A DNA stretch of 64,000 nucleotides from Torpedo marmorata (taxonomy: Eukaryota): NCBI GenBank assembly GCA_977017645.1, contig OZ360230.1, forward strand, positions 78,368,001-78,432,000, given 5' to 3'. The notes beneath the pieces were generated by a model. It saw only the letters and a program-made list of their open reading frames with translations. It was not told where the DNA came from and made no database searches. This document shows, piece by piece, positions 12,335 to 24,575 of this stretch (positions within the stretch are counted from its first letter, which is position 1; each line of letters begins with the position of its first letter). The position numbers were made by a program, and so were the translations under genes.

Positions 12335-13497
12335 CAAGCATGCCAAATGTCTTTTTCACAACCCTGTCTACCTGTGCCACCACTTTCATGGAACTATGTA
12401 CAAGTACCCCCAAGTCTCTTTGTTCCTCAACTCTTCCCAGGGTCCTACTATTCGCCCTGTAAGTCCTGCCCTAGCTTAGCCTATGAAAGTGCAACACATA
12501 GCATTTGTCTCAGTTAAATTATTTCTCCCATTCCTTGGCCCACAGTTCCAGTTCATCAAGATCCTGTTGTAATATTAGATAACCTTTTCTTACTTGCTCT
12601 CATTTCAAAATTTGTGATCTAGAAATTACACTTTGCATCTATCATAGGAAAACCTAATGGCATAGACATTAGATGCCACAATTGGAATGAAACTCATGGA
12701 GAAATAACACTCCTTGTCAGGCACATGAGGTAGATTAGGGCCCTGTGCAGAAATGTGGCACGTGCAGATCTGGAGAAAAACAGCAGCTGAAGGAAGCAAA
12801 AATTAGAAAATGTTGGATTTGCCCATTGGTCCAACAGCATCCTTGAAGAGAGAAATACAGTAAAGGTGTCAGATCCATGACTTGTTACCAGAACCATAGC
12901 AATGCTTCATTTTCATCAAGAACCAGATAGATTCTGGATAAATATTGTATCAGATCTGTTTTACCTGGATAGAAACATATCTGGCAATTGGTGAGCATTT
13001 TGCACATTTGTGGGAGACAATGCCCTTTAATACAACCATGGTTAATCCACCCCAGGCTTCTTTTGTGCCAGTTCTGCATCACCCTCAGGACCCGATCTTT
13101 AAAAGTTTATCCACCTTCTCTTTAGATGCCTCCAGTGATCTAGCCTCTATGACCCCCAAAATGGAGAATTCTAAAAGATCCACCAACACTCTGTGAAGAA
13201 ATTTCTACGCACCTCTGTTTTAAATGACCGATGACCTATGTCATCACATTCGAGAATTTCCTACTGATAGAAATAAATTCTGTCATGCCCCCTTGGAAAC
13301 ATGTTTCAGTAAGACCAGTCCTCATTCTTCTCAACTCTAAAGAATATAGACCTAACATTTTTAGCCTAGATAGTCTATATCCCAATGGTATAAACAGCCC
13401 TGTTATCTCCAGCTGTGGATGAGACTAGTGTCAGGTTTAAAAACTTACGATATTCATTCATAAATGCACTGAGGAATTCAAGGGAATGATTTGATAA

Positions 13498-14107
13498 CAC
13501 TGGACAATGAATATTTTGCTTCCTGAACACTTTTGGGTGCATTTTATAGATTCTGGACTGCTGATCATGAATATCACCTTACAATTTTCCTAACACATAC
13601 TGTTTTTTAGATATAACCTATTTTTGTGATTTCCTGTCATATTTTAAGTTGACTTCAAGCATACAAAACCATGACATGCCACATGTCATTGAAAATTAAT
13701 TTTCTGATTTGCACGGACTTCTTCCCTGATGATCTTGGTGCAGTCAGTGACGAACATGGTGAAAGGATATTGCAGACATGGAAAAGCAGTATCAGAGCAA
13801 AAGGAATCCATCAATGCTGGCCGCCTGGCCAACTATTGTTGGACACTGACATGAGAGGCATCAGATGCTGAGTACAAACAAAAATCAGCGGCAAAACATT
13901 TTTAGGTCAGTTGAACTAACGCAATGTGTCAGCATTATTATGTGATTAAACATGCTAAATTCAATAAAAGTTAATTTAATGTTTCTCCAAATTCCTATGT
14001 GATACAGCAAATCTGAAATTATCTTTGTGTTCAGCTTGAAGTTGTCAATCATTATCCCCATTTTGTTTTCAGGAAACAAACCTTTTGAAAAAATTTGTTG
14101 TCCAGTA
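13498..14107 (+). mobile_element. CMC-Chapaev3-like DNA transposon, internally deleted
   Basis: TIR CACTGGACAA / TTGTCCAGTA; 3-bp TSD TAA; transposase C-terminal remnant MSLKINFL..DFFPDDLGAVSDEHGER (ORF 13671..13871). Confidence 0.75.
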
Positions 14108-14234
14108 TAAGGGAACTCTGAAGCTCAGGGAAATAGCACAGGTCGATTTAAGGAGCAATGAGATAAGTACATGAAGGAAAAATGAACTCTATATAGAAAC
14201 AGCCAATAGAAGTTGGAGAGAAGATACTTATGTG

Positions 14235-14632
14235 ATAATTAGTAGGTGATTTTAACTTTTTGCAGATTGACTGGGACTCTCATTCTGTGAAAGGGCTGGA
14301 TGGGTTAGAGTTTTGTGAAATAGGTAAAGTTGCCTTCATCAATATCTAGATGTCCCAACTAGAGCGAGTGCAATATTGGATCTTCTGTTAAGGAATGAGA
14401 CAGGACAGACAATAGAAGTGTATGTAAGGGAACACCTTGGATCTAGTGATCATAATGCCATTAGTTTCAAGATAATTATGGAAAAGTTAGGTCCGGTCCT
14501 CAGGTTGAGATTCTAAATTAAAAAGAAAGGCCAATTTTGATGGTTTTAGAAAGGATCTGGCAAGTGTGAGTTGGGACAGGTTGTTTTCTGGCAAAGATGT
14601 GCTTGGTAAGTGGGAGGCCTTCAAAGGTGAAG
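14235..14632 (+). mobile_element. CR1 LINE APE-endonuclease-region fragment
   Basis: VGDFNF, PTRASAILDLLL and EHLGSSDHN motifs across frames. Confidence 0.75.
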
Positions 14633-17387
14633 TTCAGCATAGTGAGAATTAAGCATGCATCACGATCCCTAGGACACACTATACAAAGCTATTCAATTCA
14701 GACCCCTTGTTCTCTTATTAATCAAAATAATAATTAAAGTGAGTAATGTGTTAACTCCCTGTCCCAATTCAGATTCTGAGTGAAATAGTAAAATGTACTT
14801 CTACACTTTCTAATAATTTACTACCTATTTTTATTAATGATTGTACTTTAAGGAAAGATTATTTCTTCTTCATACAGCTTCTCCCCCCCCCCTCCTGACT
14901 GTGGTGGTTTTTGGGTGAGTTTAATTAGACATTGCTATCATATTGTTCTGTAGGCATTACAGCTCCTCCTCTCATAAGATATATCAATCAGTTTTCATAT
15001 TTACACATCAATTAAAAAGTTAAACCAGAAGTCTTTCTCCCAATTTTTTTCCCATTGCACAAGAACATAGCTAAAAATATGGAGGAGGGGGATAGAGATT
15101 GTCCCCTCAATCAGTTATTTAAAAAGCATGCAAGGATTATGGTGGTTTAACCTTGACAACTATAATATTGAATTATGGTTTTAAAGAGGATGCATATTGC
15201 TACTGAATCCTTACTTGATACTGTCAGGGACAACTTTATAGAGTTCAAAGCAAGGTCGAGGACTTTACACTTAAAGATAGAAGTGACAACTACAGTCTAG
15301 ACCAGTTTAAATACTGTTGTTTGTCAAATGTTGCACAAGTTATTGAGGATAGGGAAGTTTACTCTCTTGCTCTGTGTAGCATTCAATAAACAGTTGATGT
15401 TGTCCAAAGGAGTGTCAATTTTCATATTCATGGCACAGCATCATAGGCTGCACACTGTATGAAGATCTTATGAACAAGTTTGTCATTTTTAGTAAACTTG
15501 GTAACAGATGATTGCACAAGAAAAGAAAGGAAGAAATCAACTTGTGCAACCACATATAGAACCAGCACAACGTTAATAAGGCATAAGGTCATACAATCCT
15601 TGTGAGGCAAGCCAAAAATAATAATACTGGGTTAATTTAGAAACAAATGCTGGGAGTCACTTTCTTGGATTCTCTGTGAATCCAATTTCTGAACACAATC
15701 AAACAGGCTCCTGCAGACTGCTGTGACTGAAATTGATAGTCACAAGATTAAATTCCAAACTAAAGAATGCAAACTTTTTTGTTGTACATATCATTCTAAA
15801 TTGATAATATTTCTTGGAGACTGCTTATTGTACATTTGAAATTGGGCAGATTTCCACACAAACCAGTTCAGTAATGTTTCAGTCTTTGGTAGTTGCTGTG
15901 AAAAAACAGAAGAATGTTAGTTATTTGAGAAATGAGAATTCTAGACATTCAGAGATCAGAGTTAGTATTAATGGATGGAAGGATGGCTGTAAACACAGAG
16001 AACAAGGGAAAGAACAATAAAGTAGAGACTGCATGATAATCTAGAGATAATGACACAAGATCTACAATAAGTGGTGAGTGCCAAAAAAACATTTATTTTG
16101 CCACCTCGTCGTAACTACAAGTCTAAAAAGGTGCACACTACAGAATAAAGTCCTGATTTGGTTTTACATTAGAACATTTATCTGAAAACAACACCTTGCA
16201 TTTATTTTTTTTAAATGTCAGCTTGGTCTCCCATCTTGTTGGTGTTTCCAAGGCAAAAGCCCTGAAGCATGATTTTTTTTCAAATCTGACCTTGGTTTCC
16301 AGCATTTCTGCTGCTCATTAAATCCAATATTTTTGATGTTAGAAAAAAAACTGTGCGAAAACCTGATATGCAGCTGGAGAAAAAAATAAGGTCACATATT
16401 CTAAAGAAAAGGATTAATGCAGTGTGAAACCAGTCCTGGAACTACTGATACTGTGATAAAAGCTAGAAAGCAGGCAAGTAAAGACAGCAGCAAGCAGTTA
16501 TCTAATGCTGAGAAAATTCCACTTTCCGCAAATCAACTTTACCCGGTCTCATATACCGTATGAGGAAATAATGATTAATGCAAGGTCATTCCTTGCTGTG
16601 CACAGGCTTCCATTATTTTTCTAAACATTTCAACAGTTAAATATTTGTATCAGATCTATCTCAGAATGAGAGTCACTACAACAAACTGTAAGGAAATAAT
16701 ATATCAGGTTGTTCTCCCTTTCCTGGCCCCCACATTTACTAACTCTCTTCTGACATAATTGTCTCGAATTTGGATCCATTCACACCTGTTCCTTGTGTTT
16801 AAATCATGCATTGGGCGCTGAATGAGTCTGCTTTGAAGTGTTTGCACCCAGTTAGGCAGAAGTCCATTGGGAAGCTGGCTCGGACATTTCCAATCTCATT
16901 CCCCCAAAGCAGTTTTTACTTGCCCATCATATTTCTTGTACATTGACAACTTCCTTAATATGCATGATTCTCTTTAATTATTTTTGCAAGCTAGAAGTAG
17001 CAAATTATGCACATTTTAAAATGTCCATCTCCACCCAATGCACTCCCAAGGATAAAAGTTTTATGTTCTAAAAATTCTGCCATAATTTTTTTTTATTAGA
17101 AAATGACCAATGCCAGTAGCCATATGAAAAGACCGAGGGTTCTGTGAGCTTGGTGACTACAGATAAACAGATATCTCCAGCTCTGTGTCCAGTGGCTGCT
17201 CATTGTCCCAGTGATTCAAAGACAGTGCAACACAATAAAAGCCACAGACTGAAACATTTTCTCAAATAGTCAACCTTGTAACAAATAGTCACACAAAAAA
17301 AGGAGAGGAAAGAATTGATTGGACTGTGAATTCCAAAGATCTTGATAAGATGCATGCCATTCATTGAACCAACACAACCTCCTAGAC

Positions 17388-17547
17388 CAGAGATTCTCAA
17401 CCTTTTTCTTTCCACTCACATACCACCTTAATTAATCTCTTACTAACCACAGAGCACCTATGGCATAGGATGTCATAGGTGCTCTGTGGTTAGTAAGGGA
17501 TTACTTAAGGTGGTATGTGAGTGGAAAAAAAAGGTTAAGAACGACCG
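17388..17547. mobile_element. Palindromic hAT MITE (same family as the 7704 and 33917 units)
   Basis: Perfect 8-bp TSD TCCTAGAC (17380-17387, 17548-17555); arms ..CTTACTAACCACAGAGCACCTATGGCA / TGTCATAGGTGCTCTGTGGTTAGTAAG.. Confidence 0.88.
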
Positions 17548-17680
17548 TCCTAGACAGACAATCCATGTGACTACATCAGGATTGCTTCTTGTTAATGATA
17601 TCTTCCCTCGGTGACCCAATTTCCAATTATTTATTTCCATTTCCTCCCTGCCCACGCTATGTCTACATCATATTAGAGTT

Positions 17681-17808
17681 NNNNNNNNNNNNNNNNNNNN
17701 NNNNNNNNNNNNNNNNNNNNNNNNNNNNNNNNNNNNNNNNNNNNNNNNNNNNNNNNNNNNNNNNNNNNNNNNNNNNNNNNNNNNNNNNNNNNNNNNNNNN
17801 NNNNNNNN
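17681..17808. other. Assembly gap (N run)
   Basis: Run of n. Confidence 1.
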
Positions 17809-18406
17809 TTTTTTCCTGCCGGAAAACCGATTCTTAAACCAATGCCAGTATATTCTCCCCAATCCCAAGTTTTTTAATTTTTTTTAATACTCTAATGTGA
17901 GCTTCTTTTATGAGAGATTCCAGCATTTTCCCAATTCATGCAGTATTGGGCTTACTAATTCCTTCTTTTATCCTTTCCTCCTTTTTTAAATGATGGGATT
18001 ACATCTGCCACCCTCAAAGCTGGAGTGAGTTGTCGAGAGACTAAAGAATTTTGGAAGATGACTAACAATTATTTCCTATTTCTAGGGCCACCTCAATAAG
18101 ATTTGAGAATAACAGGCACTGGGGATTTGTCATCTTTAAACTTTAAATCCTTAATTTTTATTGCACTATTTCTTTACTAATGCTAATTTTCTGCTCCCCC
18201 TACCCCGCCTCTCTCTCACTCTCTCTCCCCCTCCCCTCTCCCCTCTGATTCCCCAACAAACCTTGGAGATTTGTGTCTGCCTTTGAAAAACCAATGTATG
18301 TATTTAATTGTTTTTTTATTGTTTTGTTCCCACTACAATTTCTTCTATTTCTGAATGGACATTTGTTTTTGCTGACTTCTCTTTTCACGTTCCTATAGAA
18401 GGTTTA

Positions 18407-18609
18407 TGTAGTGATAGTGTGCTACCACTAGGAGGAGTCGGAGATAAGTTGTGTGGCAGCTGTTGCATCTTGGGTAGAATCAAAATGGATGCCTCCACAT
18501 GAGGTCTTGTCTGTGTGTGTTCTGTTCTTAGTGCTGTTTGCTTTAGTTAATAAATGTAGTTGGTTAAAAAGAACACAAGTTTCTTTGTTGTAATAGAAGA
18601 AACATCACG
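18407..18609 (+). repeat. 5' LTR
   Basis: Starts TGTAGTGAT, contains AATAAA, ends ..CATCACG (CA mutated to CG); about 13 substitutions and 1 indel versus the 3' LTR by manual count. Confidence 0.93.
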
Positions 18610-18624
18610 TGGTACCAGGAGTGG
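18610..18624 (+). promoter_or_regulatory. Primer-binding site complementary to a tRNA-Leu 3' end
   Basis: TGGTACCAGGAGTGG directly after the 5' LTR; matches the recalled 3' end of vertebrate tRNA-Leu(UAA), ..CCACTCCTGGTACCA. Confidence 0.8.
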
Positions 18625-18695
18625 AAGAAACAGTACCAGGAGTGTAAGAAACAATACAGTATGAAGAGTGAGTATCAGTCGATAGCAGCAGAGAC

Positions 18696-19475
18696 ATGGA
18701 AAATGTAAAGGCTCCTGACGCTGTAAAATGGACTGGAAATGTCAAGCACGAGTGGAGGTTGTTTAACCAAAGATTCATGCTGTACCTGCAAGCCATTGGA
18801 ATCGATAGCGAACCGGATACACGGAAGATTGCAATACTACTTACCGTGGCGGGACCTAAAGCTTTAGAGGTTTTAAACACATTTGTTTTTGCCGAGGCAG
18901 AAGACCAGAGCAAATTCAACAAGGTTATCGAGATGTTTGATGAACACTGTTCACCAAAGAAAAATGAAACCTTCGAGAGGTACGTGTTTTGCTCGCGCAC
19001 ACAGTTGCATGGAGAGAACTTTGATACTTTTTTAGCAGATTTAAAATTAAAAGCAAGAACATGCAATTTCAGACCGCTGCAAGATTCAATGATCCATGAT
19101 CAAATTGTGTTTGGAACTAATGATAAGAAAGTGAGAGAGAGGTTGCAGCGAGAGACAGAGCTTACCTTAGCTGGAGCTGTGAATATATGCCGCGCCAGTG
19201 AATTAGCTCTGCAGCACGTGAAAAAGTTTGGTGATAGCTCAAAAGCCAGTGAAAACAAAGGCATAGTCATAGCCACAGTGTCTGGACACACACACAAACA
19301 AAATATGAGATATAGGAAACAACAAAAAGATGGAGAGACATTCAATTATAAACGATGTGGCACTAAGCATGCACCAAAGCAATGCCCAGCCTATGGGAAA
19401 GTCTGTAATAAGTGCAAAGGGCAGAATCACTATGCAGAGCAATATTTTTCCAAAAGGGAAACAAAACAGAAGTAA
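18696..19475 (+). pseudogene. Gypsy Gag
   Basis: WRLFNQRF..ILLTVAG..ERYVF..Q..GE..D.F..L..A..C.F pattern and degenerate tandem Zn knuckles (RCGTKHAPKQC, CNKCKGQNHYAEQY). Confidence 0.88.
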
Positions 19476-19520
19476 AAGTGTACACACTAAAGAAAAACTG
19501 CTCTCAGTGATACACTTTTC

Positions 19521-22264
19521 GTGGGCATGGTAGTGCAGGAAGTGAACAGTGTCGCGCAGGATAAGTGGACTGTGTCATTGCATACAAATGGAGCAAATAT
19601 TCCTTTTAAGCTGGACACAGGGGCAAAGGTCAATTTGATCTGTGAGCGTGACATCAGGGCAATGAAGATAAAGCCATACATCCATGCAAATCCTGTACTG
19701 CTCAAAGCCTACAATGGACAGAGCATCGACACGAAAGGTACATGTAAACTCAAGGTGAAAGTTAAAGATAAAGAGCACCACCTCAGGTTAACAGTAGTCC
19801 CAGATGGACATTATTCACTGCTTGGTGACAAAAGCACGTGAAAACTTAAGCCTAGTCAAGAGGGTGTACCACATTAACAGTGACAATGCACAGAACAGCG
19901 TAGAAGAAATACTGGATCAATTTCCAGACATCTTCAAGGGGTTTGGAGTTCTAACATTCACCTATAAGATACAGTTAAAGTAGGTCGCACAGCCAGTAGT
20001 GCATGCCCCGAGTCGGGTTCCAGCGGCACTAAATGTAAAGCTCAAGCAGGAACTCGACCGAGTGACAGCACGAGGGGTCATAAAGAAAGTGGAGGTGCCC
20101 ACAGAATGGGTGAATTCAATGGTGTGTGTCAAAACGGTGGCCTACGCGTGTGCATGGACCCAAAAGACTTGAATGCCAATATAAAGAGAGAACATTATCA
20201 CATTCCAACCAGGGATGAAATTACAAGTGAGATGGCCGGTGCAAAGTTTTTCACTAAATTGGATGCATCCCAGGGCTTCTGGCAAATAAAACTGCATGAA
20301 GATAGCACAAAATACTGTACATTTAATGCACCGTTTGGCCGATACTCCTGTCTGAGGATGCCTTTTGGAATTTCCTCAGCTCCTGAAGTGTTCCACAGGA
20401 CAATGGAGCACATCATAGAAGGCATAAATGGGGTACGTGTGTACATGGATGATATGATCCTATGGGGATCCACACAAGAAGAACACAAGTGGACAGACAA
20501 CCACGAGGAAGAATGGGGACGACTGAAGACTATTCTCACTCCAAAACCAGTGCTTTTGACGTTCTTTGATGCATCCAGAAGGACGAAAATATCTATGGAC
20601 ACCTCAAAAGATGGAATAGGTGCTGTACTACTTCAGGCTGTAGGAGAAGATTGGAGGCCAGTAGCATACGCATCAAGGACGATGACAACATCTGAATGTC
20701 GATATGTACAGATCTAGAAAGAGTGTCTAGGTCTGGTCTATGGACTCGAAATCTCACAGTTATGTGTATGGTCTACCAACATTCGTGGCAGAGACAGACC
20801 ACAAGCCATTAATAGCGATAATCAAGAAAAATCTCAGTGAAATGTCACCGAGAATCCAAAGACTGATGATGAAGCTGCAACGTTATGACTTTGAATTGGT
20901 GTACACACCAGGGAAACTTATTGTGTTAGCTGATGCATTATCCAGGGCAACGACGCAGAGTGAAGCACACAATGAGAGTTCCACAGAGACAGATGTGAAT
21001 CTCCACTTGAATCTGATCACTGAATCTCTTCCCGTATCTGACATGAAATCCAAGCAGATCGCAGCTGAATCAGAAAAGGACACAGTTCTACAGAAGGTTA
21101 TCAAGAATCTGAATGAAGGATGGCCTAGAAGTGAATGTCAACCACACTAAAACATCAGAGCTGAGCTGAGTGTTGTCAATGGGCTTCTACTCAGACAGAG
21201 CAGAATTATCATTCCTCAATCACTGCGACAAGAGATGATGAAAAGGGTGCATGAGGGGCACCTTGGAATGGGAAAATGCAAGAGGAGGGCCAGAACTGCT
21301 GTTTATTGGCCAGGGATAAATGCTGACATTGACAGGATGGTTTCCAGCTGTGAGACCTGTTTGAAACATCACGCAAAGCAGGCAAAGGAACCCATGATCA
21401 TAACTGACTTACCAGCAGAACCATGGCAGAACGTAGGTTTGAAATAATTACTTGCTGGTTATTGATTATCTATCGAACTATCCGGAGATAGCATTGCTTC
21501 CTAGCATGTCTGCTGCTTGTGTGATCAAATATATGAAATCGATCTTTGCAAGACATGGAATTCCTCAAATTGTTTACAGTGACAATGGACCATGCTACAG
21601 TTGTAGAGAATTCCAGAACTTTGCAGAAGAGTATGATTTCCGACATGTGACTTCAAGTCCTCTGCATCCACAGTCAAACGGCAAAGCAGAGAAAGGAGTT
21701 CACATAGTTAAACCATTGTTCAAGAAAGCACTAGACAGTGGCTCAGACCCGTATCTAGCTCTATTGAGTTACAGAGCTTCGCCACTTGAACATGGCATGT
21801 CACTCGCTGAGCTTCTGATGGGACGTAGCCTACGCACCACACTTCCCTACTCTGCAGACCCAAACAAGAACAGAGATGTCAAACGGAAACAAAAGTGTCT
21901 GCAATGGAGACAAAAAGTAAACTATGACATCAGCAAGAAGCTTAGGGCCACTGGCACAACATGACACAGTGAGACTCAGAGATTCCAACACATGGGACAA
22001 AAGGCTACTGTTCTGGAGGAAGTAAATCCAATATCCTACACTGTCAGAACAGAGGATGGTCAAATACTGAGGATGAATCGAAAGAGCCTTCTGAAAATGC
22101 AAGAGATACTGCAGGAACAGACAGATGCAGAAGATTCAGCCTTCCCAACAACAGAGGAAACACCACCAGGGCTAGACAGTAGTGGACCAGCAGAGCCGAC
22201 ACAAGCATCGGTGTTAAGAAGATCCACAAGTGTTATCAAAGCACCTGACAGGTTGAATCTCTAA
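19521..22264 (+). pseudogene. Gypsy Pol (PR, RT, RNase H, IN) broken by stops, frameshifts and deletions
   Basis: FKLDTGA (PR); KLDASQGFWQ, RMPFGI, YMDD (RT); DTSKDGIGAVL, TDHKPL (RH); HEGHLG..CETC, SDNGP, SNGKAE (IN). Confidence 0.93.
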
Positions 22265-22395
22265 AAGAAAAAGAACTGCACACTTCAAAGTTTGTGCTGC
22301 TGATGTTTGTGTTTACATTTGTGTTTCACTTTAAATTGAAAGAATACTGTATTAGTGTGTCATGTTGTTAGATTAAACATCTCAAGGAAAGGGGA

Positions 22396-22599
22396 TGTAG
22401 TGATAGTGTGCTACCACTAGGAGGAGTCAGAGATGAGTTGTGTGGCCGCTGTTGCATCTTGGGTAGAATCAAGATTGATGCCTCCACATGAGGTCTTGTC
22501 TTGTGTGTGTCCTGTTCTTAGTGCTGTTTGTTTTAGTTAATAAATGTAGTTGTTTAAAAAGAACCCAACTTTCTTTATTGTAATAGAAGAAACATTACA
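22396..22599 (+). repeat. 3' LTR, preceded by polypurine tract AAGGAAAGGGGA (22384-22395)
   Basis: TG...CA termini; direct repeat of 18407-18609. Confidence 0.94.
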
Positions 22600-23545
22600 G
22601 TTTACAGTCAGTTTTTATGTTCCATGCAATCATACTCTCACACTCCAGCTTCCTCCTCTTAATCGATCTTTTTTGTCTGCCTTTGTTCAATTCTAAAATT
22701 GCTTCTCATCCTGAGGTCTACAGTTTAGTCCAATTTTACATATATGTTCTTTGGATCTATTATTGTCTCCAATTTTCTTCATAAACTAGGAATGAGTCCT
22801 CTTCCCTGGCTGACTTTTGTGCCAGAAGATGAGTTGTACAATTGTGTATAACTTATACAATGATTGGAGGGGAGACTTTGTATATTTCACACAGGAGCAT
22901 ATTAGAAATGACTCTGGACTATCAAATGTGCTGAGAAGTATGACTTCATCAAAATATTCTTTATATAACTATCTATTTGGAAGCTTTATGCTTCCAGATC
23001 TTCAACAAAATAATACTACATATGTGACTAAACTTGATGCTTTTATGTTTAATTCTTATCACTAGTATTTTCTAATTATCAGTTATTTGGCAATAACATA
23101 TTTAACCTACCGGGTATTTGGATTTCATGAAGAAGACACATGTTGGAGGCTTTTGTGTGAATCATTGTGCATTTGGACCATTTTCTGATACTGAGTCATT
23201 CAGACATCCTAAATCAATCCCTGTTCTGTGTTGAGTTAGCAAACTAATCTCACCTGGGGGTAGAAGTACGGACACATAATTGACCTTGGCATCTGTGGCT
23301 GCAGGGGAGAAAAGAATAGTTCGGGCATGCATGTGAACAGTGATAACATATGATGGTTAGCAGCTCCTCCAACACCACCTCTGCATGTGTCATTGTCCTC
23401 ATTAGAAAAACACAAACAGAGGATAAAAGTCAGCACAGTGTTATAATAAATAACAAGTTTTCAAAATATTAAGCAGTCTCCAACATCATTGATAAGTTGA
23501 TCGTAAATCTTATCAGGGGGAGAAAGAGTTCTATTGAAGCTTGAT

Positions 23546-23783
23546 GGGGCGGCACGGTTGGCGTAGCTGTTAGCGCAACGCCTTTACAGCGCCAGCGATC
23601 GGGACCAGGATTCGAATCCCCCGCTGTCTGTAAGGAGTTTGTACGTTCTCCCCGTGTCTGCGTGGGCTTTCCCTTGGGGCTCCGGTTTCCTCCCACTGTT
23701 CAAAACGTACCGGGGGTGTAGGTTAATTGGGTGTAATTGGGCGGCACGGGCTCATGGGCTGAAATAGCCTGTTTAAATTTAAA
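23546..23783 (+). mobile_element. tRNA-derived V-SINE (HE1-like)
   Basis: GGGGCGGCACGGTTGGCGTAGC A box, GGATTCGAATCCC B box, V-domain, shortened CR1-like tail. Confidence 0.9.
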
Positions 23784-23899
23784 GTATATTACATAGCAAA
23801 GACTGATGAGTCAGTTTATCATAATTCCTGGGTGACATGAAGACAAAGTAAGAGACGGTTAGTAAATATTATTTAACAAAAACCTTACAATGTGAGATA

Positions 23900-24575
23900 C
23901 AATGGATATTCATGGAACTGAAGAAAACAAGTGGCGATGTCCTGGGCCAGATTAGTAAAACCAAGGAGGATGTCTGGGCAGACCTGGAGTATATTGAAGT
24001 GAACAAATGCCCAGAACCTGATGAAATGCACCTTCACACATTGTGGAAAGCTAGGAAAGAAATTGCAGAGTCTCTTGCTAAGATATTTACATAATCTTTG
24101 GCCTCTGGTGAAGTGCCGGGAGATTGGAGGATGGCTAATGTTGTGCCATTATTTATAAAGGGCAGCAAGGACAAGCCAAGGAGCCACAGACCAGTAAGAT
24201 TGACATCATTGGTTGGAAAATTGATGGAGGGGATTCCGTGGGACAGGATCTACCAGCATTTGGATAATCAGGGATGCTCACAGTCTTTTCCTCATGGTAG
24301 ATGATTCTAGAACTAGAAGGCATAGGTTTAAAGTGATAGGGGAAAGACTTAAGAGGGACATAAATCTGGAATGAGCCGCCAGAGGAAACTGTAGAAGTGG
24401 GTACAATCACAAGGCTCAAAAGATATTTGGACAAATTTATGGCTGGGAAGGGCTTCGAAGGATAAGAATGAAATGGAGGCAAATAGGACTAGCCCAGTGT
24501 ACGTATCAATTTGGGTGGCATGAATGAGCTGGGCTGACAGGCCTAATCTATGCCATATGATTTTTTTGTGACTCA
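23900..24575 (+). mobile_element. CR1 LINE, internally deleted
   Basis: VNKCPEPDEMH and GEVPGDWRMANVVPLFIKG..RPVRLTSLVGK motifs, then a jump to the 3' UTR near 24300. Confidence 0.8.

Larger units (their letters stand above)
11160..12590 (-). mobile_element. Decayed CR1 LINE 3' portion with two nested insertions
   Basis: QLYRTLVRLH motif (ORF 11683..11922); CR1 tail near 11175-11210; boundaries approximate. Confidence 0.75.
18407..22599 (+). mobile_element. Full-length decayed Ty3/Gypsy LTR retrotransposon (Mag-like)
   Basis: Two ~204-bp LTRs, perfect 5-bp TSD GTTTA (18402-18406, 22600-22604), PBS, PPT, domain order gag-PR-RT-RH-IN; inserted into an old CR1 fragment. Confidence 0.96.

Noticed and set aside
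23546-23625. tRNA gene
   Set aside because: A and B boxes belong to a SINE head that runs into a V-domain; no clear cloverleaf
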